A DNA stretch of 64,000 bases. It comes from Selaginella moellendorffii (Eukaryota > Plantae > Lycopodiophyta). Under the pieces are notes generated by a model. The model saw only the letters and a program-made list of their open reading frames with translations. It did no database searches and was not told where the DNA came from. Made by a program: the position numbers and the translations under genes. The stretch spans positions 1,869,715 through 1,933,714 of the forward strand of contig NW_003314284.1 in NCBI RefSeq assembly GCF_000143415.4, given 5' to 3'. This document shows positions 45,951 to 59,117 of this stretch, one piece after another. Positions within the stretch are counted from its first letter, which is position 1; each line of letters begins with the position of its first letter.

Positions 45951-47173
45951 ATGGCGGAGATTCGGGAGAAGTTCGCGGCTCTTGGTGGCAGGATGAGCCA
46001 GAGGATGAACAGCCTCGGGGACAAGATGAAGGAGGTGTTTCAGGGGTCGAGCCAGGCTGACAAGTTCGTGGAGGAGGCGACCTCGGAAAAGAACGGCTTT
46101 TCTCCGGATTGGGGCAAGAACTTGCAGATTTGTGACATGGTGAATGCCGAGGGTCTCACCGGACAGGATGTTGTGAGGGGCGTGAAGAAGCGGCTGAGCT
46201 CCAAGAGTCCTGCGGTGCAGCTCCTGGCTTTGGTACTTTTGGAGACTTGCGTGAAGAACTGCGAGAAGATGTTCGCCGAGGTGGCCTCCGAGAAGGTGCT
46301 GGACGAGATGGTGAAGCTTGTGGACGATCCCCAGACGAGCTCGCAGAACCGGGATAAGATTCTAAGGATGATCGAGTCGTGGGGCGAGGCCACGGAGGAG
46401 TTACGGTACTTACCCGTGTTTGAAGAAACTTACAAGGTATGTGGCAGTTTTTCTAGTCTGTATCAATGATTTTTTATTTGTGGGTTTTTCTTTTCTACAG
46501 AGCTTGCGGTCGAGAGGCATAAGATTCCCTGGAAGAGACGAGGAGAGCCTCGCTCCGATTTTCACCCCGCCACAGTCGGCTCCAATCCAGTCCTCATCGT
46601 TGGCTCGCGCTCAAAGCGACCCCAAGGCGGATCCAAAGGAAGTTTTTGATGTTGCTCGCAACAGTAGCGAGCTTTTGTCAACCGTGTTGTCGTCATCACC
46701 GCAGAAAGAGGCTCTCGAGGTGAGAAAAATTCTCTTCTTATTGTGGAGATTTGTTTTCTCATACTCCTTGCTCGTCGTTTTAGGATGATCTCACCACAGC
46801 GCTAGTCGAGCAGTGCCGGCAGTCCCAGCTGAGCGTGCACAGACTGCTGGAGGGGTCGCCGGAGAACGAAAGCTTGATGTTCGAGGGCCTCCAAGTTAAC
46901 GACGAGCTCCAGCGAGTGTTGCAAAAGTTCGAGGACCTGTTCGTCGGCCGAGCTCCATCGGAGGCAGCGCAGCCAGCCCTTCCAACTTTCGCGGCCGCCG
47001 CCGAAGAAGAGGGTCCATCGGAGGAATCCCTGGTACGCACTCGCCAGAAGCAAAACGCCACAGAAGAAGGATCGGCATCGATCGACAAGCTGGACGAGCT
47101 GGTTTTCGGCGGCAAGAGCTCCAGTTCCAGCAAGAAGAACACCAAGAACAGCGACGATCTCATTACCTTCTGA
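45951..47173 (+). CDS. TOL1: TOM1-like VHS-GAT protein (3 exons)
   Basis: VHS domain (DWGKNLQICD..LETCVKNC..WGEAT); LRSRGIRFPGRDEESLAPIFTPP; GAT domain (EGLQVNDELQRVL); C-terminal DDLITF. Confidence 0.93.
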
Positions 47174-47572
47174 GCTCTCCACAGTCCTCGTATCGTTCGT
47201 GTATAGATTTTTTTTCTATCTTCTACAGATTTGCTGTCTCTCTCTCGTTCTCAATCTTTCTCCAAAGATTGTGTGTCATCGCAGGAATTTGTTTTCTTAA
47301 TCACGCTTCGATTTCTCTTTTTTTTTTGTTGCAACGAAAGTCTTTGGCGTGCTTGATTGCATTGAGTTACTTCTACGTGAGAGCGTCCACATGGCGTCGT
47401 GTGAGTGAGCCACGGCAGCTCGCGTCCAAGTGGCGCCGCCACCTCACATTTTTACTCGAGGACTCTGGGAAAGCGCCTCTTCAAGAAAGTTTGAGAATGG
47501 GATAGAGATAGAAGTGGATTTTAGGGCGCTGCGATGACGCACGCCCCACGTCTAGGGCTTTGATTTCTTGGG

Positions 47573-50500
47573 ATGGCTGCCATGAGCACGCAGCGGCAGC
47601 GCGCGCTGGGCGTAGCGCTGCTCTGCGGCGGCTCGATCGTCGCCGGCAGCAAGCTGCTCCAGTTGCGGATCAAGGCGTTCCAGAAGGAGCAATGGGAGTT
47701 GTGCGAGAGCGCCACTTCCAGGCAGAATATGCAGCTCCTGTCCCGGCGCCCCAAGGTGAATCGATCGCGTAGGTTTTGAGCTGATCCAGGAGCTCATTCG
47801 CTCGAATTATTGCTCGTTTGTGATCCAGGTATCGGTCGATGGCCTCTTTGCCAAGCGGCTTGTCGAGATTTTGAGAATTTGCATCCCGTCGATCAAGTCC
47901 AGGGAGGTGCTCTTCATTGTGATCCAGACGTTGCTTCTATACAGCAGAACACGTTTAACAGGTGTGCTTGAGATTAAAATCTTGCGAATTTGACTTTCCT
48001 GGTTCTTCGTGCTTGGTCAGAGCAAATGGCAAGCATCGAAGGCGTGACGGGCCAATCTGTAATTTCCAAGGTAAAGTTTTCTTGCTTCGAGAACACCATT
48101 TAAAAAAAAAATTCCGTGGTTTTGTTTCTTTCCCAGGATTGGTCATTGTTCAGCACTAACTTGATGGGATTCGCTCGAGTAGCGATTCCAGCAGCAATTG
48201 TCAACAGTGGCCTAAAGTACATGCAGGTAAAGCGCAAACTTTGTGAGTTTAGTAAGAAAAATGGTTTCTTATTGGATGTACGACAGACAATCATCAGTCT
48301 TGCGTTTCAACAACGTCTTGCAGAGCATTTGCACCAGTGCTACTTGACAAATCGCGTGTATTATGTAGCTTCGACACTGAGGGGTTTATCTAACGCTGAC
48401 CAGGTGAATTAGCTCATGGATTTTGCATTGTTTTGCTCACAAGCTTCTCCTCTTGATTTGCAGCGCATCACGGAAGATGTTGCAAAGTTTTCCGTGGCTA
48501 TTAGTGAGCTTTACTCGTATACGTTCAAACCTGTGTTGGATATCATCGTCTTTACGCGTTCCCTTGCGAAGACCATTGGGTAAGTGAAGCTACGATGTTT
48601 TCTTTGATTAATCCGGTAGGTTTGTTCAGGTACAAGGGGCAATTTCTACTTTATGCGTACTTTCTGTTTTGCTCAACCTTCTTGCGGAGTGTAAGTCCTC
48701 CTCTTGCTCTTATGACAGCACAAGAGGCTGCTTTGAGCGGAAACTTTAGGAACGCGCATCAAAGGTCCGTCGCTTTTTCGTTTTCGAAATATTGGTTTAA
48801 GTGTACTGATCTTTTAGGATAGTTGCGAATGCCGAAGCTATAGCTTTCAATGACCCTCCTGGTGGAGATACGGAGCGCATGATTTTGAATGACCATCTTT
48901 ACCGGCTGATACGTCACTCTCGATTGTCAGCATTTCAAAGATTTATTCAGCAGGTAAATCCTGACCCGTCGGAATCGATTCGAGGACTACCCTGGTCTTT
49001 GCCTTCTGTTTTTTGTTAATCCTTCTATTATTTCTAACAGGCTGGTTCACCATACTAGGTTGCTGATGGTTATCTCATCAAATATGCTGCATCTATTGTG
49101 GGAATTTGCGTATATGCTGCTCCTTTCTATTACAGCAAGCAGGTGTGTTCATCTGTTTCGATACCCGGTTCTTATATCCATCACTGGTTTTCTCGCAGAG
49201 ACATGATGCGACAATAGCAAGTGGCGATTACATAAGGTCATTGCGTTTGATGGTGGTATGTAATGCTTAAGTTCCCACTTTTATGCTCCTTCAATCTCCC
49301 TTTTACAGAGCACATCAAATGCAATAGGCCAGCTGGTCCTAGTTTATAAGAGAGTCACGGCACTTGCTGGACATTCCTCCCGTGTCTCTGAGCTCCTGGA
49401 ATCGGTATGTTTGTTCATTAAAATTCACTACAACCGCGCTATTCTTACAGGTAAAACAACTGAGTACAAGAGAAGGCCGACTTCGTGCAAGCCACATAAG
49501 GCGATTGTCATGGCATTTTGAGCAAGAATCATCTGTTCAAAATCCACCCCGCCTTCTTTATGGAGATAGCATAAAGTAATTGAGCATTTTCGTTTGGAAA
49601 TGCTAATGCTTGCGGTTTCAGGTTCAGGAACGTCACCATCTCAGCACCTGATGCCACTCCATTGGTTCGGGATTTGAGCTTTGAGCTGCTACCAGGTCAC
49701 TCTATCATAATTATGGGTCCAAATGGAAGGTTAGCACTTAGGAAACCGTTTCATTTTGATAATCTCGTGTCGGCAGTGGAAAGTCATCAATTTTTCGCGT
49801 GCTGGCTGAGCTTTGGCCTCTCCAAAATGGCACAATAACGAGACCGCCACGAGGTGGAGGCGTTTTTTACCTTTCACAAGTATGTGCACATTTTTAAAAT
49901 CTCATGTGTATCGTACTAAAAAAATTGGAGTTTTGCAGAGGCCATACCTCGTGCGTGGTACACTGAGAGATCAAGTTCGATATCCAGCATTACCCCTGAC
50001 GCTGACACGTAAATCCGACAAGAAGTCTTGGTCCCAAGGCTGCCGCTCCGTCAAGAATGACAGGCATCCAGACGATGCTCGTGTTTTGGAGGCACTAAAT
50101 GCAACGGAGGTTGGCTACTTGGTTCACCGTGGAGATGGCTTGGACCAGAACCAGGTTCGTCTTTGTTATTTTAGAAGCAGCCGTTTGGAAGAACTAAAAC
50201 TTGTATATGTCACTTAGAACTGGGAGGAGACACTGTCTGGAGGAGAAAAGCAACGCCTTGCAGTTGCCCGGCTTCTTTTCCACAATCCCAAGTAAGCAGC
50301 TCTCTATAAATTAGCCCTTCCAATTGAAATTCATGCAGGTTTGCTGTATTGGACGAGTGCACGTCCGCCGTGAGCGCCGATGGTGAAGAGAAGCTCTACA
50401 GGCAATTACACGAGAGAGGCATAACAATGCTCTCAATCGCCCATCGACCCGCATTGATGAAGTAAGTCCCCACACACGTCAAGTTCATCAAGTTCTCTTT

Positions 50501-50627
50501 TTGAGTTTAAGAATCACAATGCCTGTTCTCCAGGTACCACACCGCAGTCCTCTACTTAGATGGCAGCCAATCGGGCTATGGCTGGAGATACGAGGTCCTG
50601 AAAGCTAAAGCTGCCGAAGATAGCTGA
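47573..50627 (+). CDS. Half-size ABC transporter subfamily D (peroxisomal ABCD-like), about 20 short introns
   Basis: SNADQRITED, EAA-like SGNFRNAHQR, LAGHSSRVSELL, Walker A GPNGSGKSS, QRPY, LSGGEKQRLAVARLLFHNP, Walker B LDECTSAVS, SIAHR. One TMD plus one NBD. Confidence 0.92.
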
Positions 50628-50660
50628 GCTTTCGCCTCACTCACAAATAAAAGCGACGAG

Positions 50661-51889
50661 TCAAAACCCAAACACCAGATCCACCACCTTAGACAATAGC
50701 GATTTCGTGGGCGATGCGATGGTCGACGCTGGTCGAGCAAGCGACGAGTCCGAGTGGAGGTAATACGGTCGAGCAGCTGTTTGAGCGGACGCCATTCCTT
50801 TGGCCGAGGCCTTTGGGTGTGGCACCGAAAGCCCCGAGCTCCTCTGGGCCTTGTCCATCAACGCTTGCCTTTGCAACGGATCAACGGGCTTGACACCGAT
50901 TATCAGCGCTCCATAGAGCTGCATTCCATTCTTCGCCAGCGCCTTTTGTGCGTCCTGCCGAGACTGGAAGGAAGAACAGGAAAAAAATAAAATCATCACG
51001 AGAAGAAGAAAGAGCGTCTAGAGTTGAATCGACAGACCTGGTACTGGATATGGAGCCAGTTGGAAGTCGCGGGGCCGGCAACTTGCTTGATAATTGGACC
51101 GCATTTCTCAAACTCTCGAAGAACTAAGTTGGTGTCCTCTCCGGGAAAACTACAATGAGATAGCAGTAAGAACAAGAACAAAGCCAAAGAGATGGAAGTG
51201 TTCTATACGTACCCATAGATTGTCACCCATTCGTCTCCTTCTTCCCCAGCGTCGGGCAACGCAGCGCTTCTCTGGATATCCGGACGAATGATCTGGCGAG
51301 GTGCCGGGAGCGTGAGGAGCCCGGACTGTGGCTCGGCCTGGTGATGGAGATGGTGGTGATGGATCCCAGTGGTGCCAGTATGTAAGTTCTCTCGCTCGCC
51401 ATCGCTATGGCCGCTCCAATCCCTCATAGCCGCCGAAGAAGACCACCACGCCGAGGGCGGCGAGGAGGATGGAGGAGCGAACCCGGGGGACTGGAAATCT
51501 CCAAACAATCCGCCGCTTCTTCTCGACGCCCCGGATTGCGGAGTCTTGAGAGGCGATTTGCTGTCCGAGAATCTGGAAGCCAATCCATCCGGGGAGCGAT
51601 ACTCGCCGGCGGCGGGAGGGGGCAGCAGTGTCTCCGACGGGGTGCGATCGATGCGGTCCTCGAGCGTGAAGCAGGGCGGAGGCGGTGGATCCGCGCCGCC
51701 GCCTACATTGTCGCGCCAGGAGGAAGATCCCGCCGCCGCCGCTGCTCCAGACGAGGAGGATTGCGCCCCGGAAGCGCGAGTGCCGGCGGCGGCGAGATTC
51801 AAGTCTCTGTAGAAGAGAGATTGGTACCTGCCCGCCCCGCCACGCCGCTGCTGCATCGTTCCTCCTCCGCCATAGCCAGCTGCTGCCAT
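50661..51889 (-). CDS. NUP35: Nuclear pore complex protein NUP35 (MPPN/RRM), 3 exons
   Basis: PPPPCFTLEDR; EWVTIYG|FPGEDTNLVLREFEKCG; NWLHIQYQ; IIGVKPVDP; C-terminal amphipathic KVVDLVFGF. Confidence 0.94.
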
Positions 51890-52012
51890 GGAATTTTTCA
51901 AGAAAACCCAAAGCCCTAAAGACCAACGGCCAGGATCTCGTGGTGTTGGCGTGGTTTTGAATTAACGGCTGCGATTGGTTCCGAGATTTAGGGTTCTTGA
52001 GGGGTAGTCGCA

Positions 52013-53014
52013 ATGGAAGCGCAGGAGCGCGCGGCTGGCGCTGCCAGGATGCTCGGCGGCAATGGCGGTAAGAGGATGAGTACAGGAACTATATTTTTCA
52101 AGACGAAGCTGTGCTCTAGATTCCGGGCGGGGACTTGCCCCTACATCACGAATTGCAACTTCGCGCATGGAATGGAGGAGCTCCGGAAGCCGCCGCCCGG
52201 ATGGGAGGATTTCGTCAATCCTCCCGTGGTCGCGGACGGCGGCGGCAATGCGGCGAAGCTCCGGCCGTGCAAGAGATTTTTCGCGGAGGGAGTTTGTCCT
52301 TACGGTGAGAGGTGAGGTATTCTCTCAAAGTTTTCGTTTGCTCTTTCGTCTCGATTGATTGATCACTTAGATCTATGCTTGGTTTCTCTGTAGGTGCATC
52401 TTTAGCCACGAGGATCCGGCTGTGAAACCCGCCGCTACCACTGCGATCAGCAACGCGAGCACTGCAAAGCCGCTGAACTGGAAAACGCGGCTTTGCAACA
52501 AGTGGGAGACGACGGGATCGTGTCCGTTTGGAGACAAGTGCCATTTCGCCCATGGAATCGCTGGTAAGAAGAAGCTGGCTTTTTTTGTCTCCGCTGGAGC
52601 AAAGTTTTGGTTTTTCGGTTCTTCGCAGAACTTCAGAAGTATGGTGGTGGAGGAGAGTCTCTTCCAGCGCAAATGGACTCCAAGGCCCAGACTTCCTCAT
52701 ACTCGGACACCTCGGAAGCCAATCCTTCGCTGACGAGCAATCTTTTCCAGCAGCAGCTGCAACATCAAACACAGCAAAATCAAAGCCAGAGCCAGCAGCA
52801 GCAAAGCCGGATCCAGCAGCAAAAGCCTCCGCTAGTCGCAACTCAAGCACCACCGAGCTCGAAAGTCTGGAGGGGTCCTAGCGGCGACGCCATCTCCACG
52901 GTTTATGGAGACTGGCTCGAAGAGGAGGACGAAGAACAAGAACAAGAAGAGCAAGAGGACGAGGGCAATCATCCCATGGAACTATTTTACGAAGAGCTCC
53001 AAAGTTTCCACTAA
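52013..53014 (+). CDS. Triple CCCH zinc-finger protein
   Basis: FKTKLC-x8-C-x6-C-x3-[23 protein letters not shown] and [26 protein letters not shown]; C-terminal ISTVYGDW motif. Confidence 0.9.
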
Positions 53015-53171
53015 GGTCGAATCTCAGGGAATATCCGCATCTTGTACGGCAGTGTGATGTACGTAAACGGCGCCGTTACCACCGCCGTTACCCTGGTGTG
53101 TTGTGGAGGAGCTTAAAGGTCGCCGCCGCTTCTAGCGCCATTTGTTCTTTGTTTCTTTAGGGTTCTTGGGC

Positions 53172-54689
53172 ATGCCCAGCCAGGAGGAGGATGCGATGAT
53201 CGAGGCGGAGGAGGACAAGCCCGCCAAGGGCTTGCCGCCGCCGATGGAGCTCGACTGCGGCAGCAATGGCCATCACCAGGTAGAGGATTTCTTGTCCGAG
53301 GGAGAGGCGGCGTCCTCGCCCGGCAGCGCGAGCAATGTAGCATCGTCACCCCGTGATGGCGGCGGCGATGAGAAGGAGGCGAGCATCGCGAGGCTGGCTC
53401 GCGAGAACGAGGAGCTGTCCGGGGAGATTGCGGCGCTCAAGCGGGAGAACGAGGCCGTGGCGCGGAGCGTGAGGAAGCTGGAGGAACAGGTGAGGGACGA
53501 CGCCGCGAAGCTGGATTCGATCGCCCGGGAGACCGATGAGAAGAGGAGGGAGGTGCTGGAGGAGATTGAGGCTGCGAGGAGGCAGGTCTCGGCCCTGGAG
53601 CTGGACAAGGCGGGGCTGAGCCAGGAGAGGGTTGCTATGGCGGCGGAGAAGGAGAGATTGGAGGATGCTCTCGCGGTGGCCGCCAGCAACGTCTCGGAGC
53701 TCTCGAAGAAGGTGGACGACGCCGAGTCGGCGGCGGCAGCGGCCAAGGAGAAAGTTGCGCTGCTCGACGCCGAGGTTAGAAAGTTGGCAGGCGACTGTGA
53801 GTTTCTCCGGGACTCCAACGCCGGGCTCTTGGCAATCAAGGCGGGGCTGGACGACGACTTAAAGGCGATAGCTTCGTCCAGGGAGGCGCTGCTCCAGGAG
53901 CGGGAGAAGCTACTGCTGGAGATCAAAGGCTTGGAAGCGGAGGCGAGCGGCGCAAAGGAGCTAGCGGAAGCTATGCGAGCTCAAGATCAGGCTTTCAAGA
54001 CCAGCCTCCTGTCGCTGGAAGAGAAGCTGGCGGCGGCGTCCCGACGCGAGGTCGAGCTGGAGACGAAGAACCACGCGCTGGCCTCGAGCATCCGGCAGCT
54101 CGAGGCGCAGGTATGCGGGCTCCAAAAGTGCTCGTCGGAGCACGAGTCCCTGGCCGCGGAGCTCCAGAGGGAGAGGGAGCTCCGGGTGGCTCTCCAGGAA
54201 CAGGTGGTCGGGCTCAACACCCGGAAGCTCTCGCTCGAGGAGGAGGTGAAGCAGGCGTTGTCGACGATCCAGAAGATGCAAGACATCACACAGAAGGAGC
54301 AGGGGCAGCGGAGGATGCTCGAGGATCAAGTGTCGTCGATCATGAGGGAGAAGGTCCGGGTGGAGGAGGCCAAGACGGGCGTGGAGGCGGAGCTCAGGCA
54401 GCTGAGCTCGTTGTCCGCCAAGGCCGAGGTGACGGCCAAGGCGGAGGTGCTGAGCCTCAAGCAGAAGATCGAGGGGCTGGAGAGCTCGCTGGGCAAAGTC
54501 AAGGAGGAGGCTCTGTCGAGCGAGAAGAAGGTGTGGCAGCTGCGATCGGAGCTTAGCAAGGCCAGGGAATTGCTGGAGTGCCGGTCGAGCGTGGCGAGGT
54601 TTGCTCTTCCCGCGGCGCTAGTCTCGACCGGAGCGCTTGTGGCTGCTGGAGTTCTGGGATATTTTCGTGTCAGGCAGTTAGGCCAATGA
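53172..54689 (+). CDS. Tail-anchored long coiled-coil protein, PMD1/2-like (peroxisomal and mitochondrial division factor)
   Basis: Intronless heptad-rich ORF ending in a single TM helix FALPAALVSTGALVAAGVLGYF and a short basic tail RVRQLGQ. The PMD assignment rests on architecture only. Confidence 0.7.
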   Translation: MPSQEEDAMIEAEEDKPAKGLPPPMELDCGSNGHHQVEDFLSEGEAASSPGSASNVASSPRDGGGDEKEASIARLARENEELSGEIAALKRENEAVARSVRKLEEQVRDDAAKLDSIARETDEKRREVLEEIEAARRQVSALELDKAGLSQERVAMAAEKERLEDALAVAASNVSELSKKVDDAESAAAAAKEKVALLDAEVRKLAGDCEFLRDSNAGLLAIKAGLDDDLKAIASSREALLQEREKLLLEIKGLEAEASGAKELAEAMRAQDQAFKTSLLSLEEKLAAASRREVELETKNHALASSIRQLEAQVCGLQKCSSEHESLAAELQRERELRVALQEQVVGLNTRKLSLEEEVKQALSTIQKMQDITQKEQGQRRMLEDQVSSIMREKVRVEEAKTGVEAELRQLSSLSAKAEVTAKAEVLSLKQKIEGLESSLGKVKEEALSSEKKVWQLRSELSKARELLECRSSVARFALPAALVSTGALVAAGVLGYFRVRQLGQ

Positions 54690-57600
54690 AAGTTTTTGTA
54701 AAGAATATACTTAGAATATTAAGTATGTTCTGGAATATTTCTTAACTTAAACGGATATTTTCTTGCCTACTATAATTTAGTAGTATCTTGTTTTAATCTG
54801 GTGGGCGTGGCCTCTTGAAACTGTTACCATCTATTAGGTTTAGAATGTTGTCTTGATTTGTCTCCACCTCTAGCACATATATTTTTGCTACTTGAATACA
54901 TCCATGTTTCTAAAGCAAACCAAAAACCTTACCCCTACCGATTTGTTGTACCACTCTAATTACACATGATTTTGCCCTAAGTCCTCCTTTTATCACAACA
55001 TTCCAACTTGAAAACTATACTCACAAAATAGAACTCTTCACATTGGAGCATTCTTACTATTATCAGAAGCAAGTAGAAATTTAATATATCTTATTTTGTC
55101 TTTAAGAAAGTTTATAATTATAAGCATAAAACTTATCTACATCCATGAGATAGTAGAATATGCAAGAATGTACATAAAGGTGTTTATGAAAGTTTATAAT
55201 TTATAAACATGAAACTAATCTAAATCTATATTAACCTTTAGCAGAATTAATCTATAACTGTTAGATGGTGGAATATCCTAGAATATCTGATTCTAGGTAT
55301 GTCTTTAAGTATTGAAACTAAACTAATGTATAATTAGTTGATAAAAAGACCATTTTTAAGTATTGTTTATTTTTTACAACCATAATAGTTATTTATATTT
55401 TTTTTGCACCACATTTTATTTGAAATTTTTCTTTACTAAATTATGATCATTTTTTAAAGTGAGAAATGTAAAAAATATACAATTTGAACAATATTTACTA
55501 ATAGATTACATAGGTTTTTTTTTATCAGTATATAGAACAAGATTACCATCATATTGAACTATAATATGGATGAAGGTATCCACCATAGAACTTCAGTATA
55601 AGTGGATGATTAGTTGCTTCACATAGAATAATTAATCTATACAATAGAAATATTGATAAATTCGATATATCTTTCAATGGGGGTAAGTGTAGCCCATGTG
55701 GATATATTGTAACAATACCTTTTAGCAATTGTATCATTTTTATTAGGACCGTCTCAATTAATTATGCAATTTAATATTCACTTCTAGTGGAACTAAATAT
55801 GTTGGAATGGTTTAAGTTGGGTATATTATGATTAACATATCATCAAGATATTATTAGGATTTATACATGCATTTGCCCAAAACACCCTTAATAACACTCT
55901 TGATCTTTAGTCTTGACACTAAAATTCTTTTAAGAACAAGGAGTCACATAAGTAATAAAGGGATATTACATAAATAATTTAACAACCCCTTTATCTTTTT
56001 CTTGGGAATACTATCAAGGAGTTTATTTGGCATTAATTCATATAGTGTTAATTTTCTAAGATTGTTTTAATAATTTTTATAACAAAAAGTCCATCATTAT
56101 CTTTTCTATATTAGTGGATATGTATTTAAATTTATCTTTTATTACTCAACTTGTTGTCACATGTTGTAGTCTACATTTAAATTGTATAGTAGAGCTAATC
56201 TTTATTCTCTATAACAATGGCTATACATATACATTGGGTAAGGCAAACTTAGTTAGATTTTAAAGATTTTTCCCCTTGTCTTATACTAATTTATATCTTT
56301 TGTATTCTTTTCACTATTATTTCACTTTATCTTTTTGTTTTTACTTTATTACTTCCTACTATATTTCCTTCTTATTCTTTTATTCCCTCTTCAGATCTCT
56401 TAAATAGACTTTATATTGTAATAAATCGCTGGCTCAAGTAAGAATATATTGATCTCTTTGATTTTGACATATCATTGAGAGTTAAGATTACAATATCTCA
56501 TCCTTTATCTATATTCCTATATATTGTATCTAGAGTATTACCTTTTCATTGGACAAATATATGATTTGATGATATATGAGTTTCATGTTAGGTCTTATAA
56601 AGATAAGTTGAAGAAAGATTGTATAAACAATAAAAAAGAATGACTTGAGAGACGATTTATAAGAGTTCAAATATAAAGAGAAAGAGCTCATAAATAAGAG
56701 TGCATAATTTTTTTTTCAATTAGTTATAAGTTTTTTAATACATAAAGCTAAAAATCTTTGAGTTTGAAGAATACTAAACTTATTGATCTCCTAGAAAGTC
56801 TAAATTCAAGAGTTTACAGATTATTGGTTGTTTTGTGACTACTAATTGTTTTACAAGTACTAATAACTTATAAACTTTATCAAGGACTTTTGATACTTTA
56901 TTTAGTTTTAAAATGATTTAGTAATAATGGGTGGTATTGCGAAGAATTGTATTATTAAGCTTGCATGGTTTTTCCATATGTATATCAATTTCATTTCTCT
57001 TAATATTGTTTAGCTACATTTAATCCTTAGTTTTAAATTTCATTAACCTTTAGATGTGATGATTCACTCTATCATAATGTGTTATCTGTAATTTAAATAT
57101 TATTAAGAAAGATTGATTTATATATTAAATAAAGTATTTTTCACTTTAGTTAACTTATTTGCTAAAGAGTGTTAAGTAGTGATTCATTCATGGTTTTTTC
57201 TAACTTTGTTCTAATGCTGGTAGTATTGAAGTGATACTTTGACATTGACATTATTATAATTGAAATTGAAATGAGATGAAGTGTTTTTCTATAGGCATAT
57301 TGAAAAATTTGGATTTTCCTTCTATGATGATTCAGATTATTGGTGATCAATTAAGCTCATTGAGGATTAATATTTTGTTTCAATAGTTTTGATAAAGATG
57401 GTATTGACAATTTAGCCATTATGTCATTAAAATTTGTATATTTTAGACAAGATTGTTTAGTAGAGATTTGGATTTGGATTTTCTTTAAAAATTGCATAAA
57501 TTATATTACCTTTGCAATAGAGAAAGTTATTAATTGATATTGGAGTTGTTGAATTTAATCATTAATGGTTCTTATAGCACTTTGTTATGAAAGAATTGCA

Positions 57601-58334
57601 TTTTAATATGGAAGATAGATTCATGGAGGATTAATTTAATAATCATTAGTTGAGCATAGCTTTATCATGTTTAGCTTTTATGCAAATATATTCTTTATTA
57701 ATTGTTGCATTATAAATTTTGGTTAATGGATATATTAGTGAAGATATTGTGGGTTCTATCATGATTTCTTCTTTAGCATTGAAGTTCATTGATATAAAAC
57801 TTATGATTGTTGTTATATAAAATTTGGATTTAACCTTTTTTAAACTTTTGATTCTTTAAATTTTTATACTCATTATTCCATTTGTTTATCAGAGAAAGCA
57901 TATTAACTTATTACTTTTGATATTTAAGTTGGTGTTTGTATTTGACAATCATTGGTGATATTTGATCATAATTATCCGATTCGTGGCATGGGTATACACA
58001 TGTGTCTACATGTATCTCGCTGAGGTGCTGATTCAGCAGCTTGATATCATTTATCCATACATAACCTCGATAATATGACCAATCGTTTAGATAACTTGGG
58101 AAATAACCTGATATTCCTTCTAATTCCGGATTCTAATTCATAATAATTTAGGATAATGGATTATCATTATTATCATTATTAGTTGTTTTGTTTAATTATT
58201 GTTAATGATGGATGATTTATCATTTTTAGGTAGAGATGGTGGTGTTCTTTATAATGATTATACATCTTTATAAATGAGATGATTAATGAACTTTTATGTT
58301 GATTAGTCATTTTCTTTTATGGCCTTCGTTGTTC

Positions 58335-59117
58335 GCATTACTATATCTTCTTTATAGCTTTTTTGGATTGATCTCTTGGATTTGAGATTTTGGTAGGATA
58401 TTATTGATAATTTTTTTAAGCAACTTTAATTCTTTAATATTGTTGATTGAGATTTATTCAAATTGGCTAATGTGATGACTACTATAAATGAGTGGTATGT
58501 GTTGATTATTACTAAGCTTAATTCTGATATATTGAGATGTTATTTCTTTAAATTATATATTTGTGAATATTTTTCTTTTATAATTAATGATTTATTATGT
58601 TTTTTAGCTGTTTTTTATAAATTATTTAGCATGCTATTTATAATATATAGTCGTTATGTTTTATCGTTGAGTTTCTTGATGATACACTTGTTATGTCAAT
58701 TGGTCACATAATTTGGCTTTTGGTGTTTGCATTACTATATCTTCTTTATAATTTTTTTTCGATTGATCTTTTAGATTTGAGATTTTAGTAGGATATTATT
58801 GATAATTGTTTTAAGCAACTTTAATTCTTTAGTATTGTTGATTGAGATTTATTCAAATTGGCTAGTGTGATGACTAGTATAAATGAGTGGCATTTATTCG
58901 GATGTGTTGATTATTACTAAGGTTAGTTCTAATATTTTGAGATGTTATTTCTTTAAATAATATATTTATGAACATTTTTCTTGTATAATTGATGATGCAT
59001 TGTGTTTTTTGAGCTGTTTTTAATAAATTATTTAGCATGCTATCTATAATATATAGTAGTTATGTTTTATCATTGAGTTTCTTGATGATACACTTGCTAT
59101 GTCAATTGGTCACATAA
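58335..59117. repeat. About 380-bp diverged tandem duplication
   Basis: 58335-58711 versus 58729-59117; both run GCATTACTATATCTTCTTTATA...ATGTCAATTGGTCACATAA. Confidence 0.92.
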
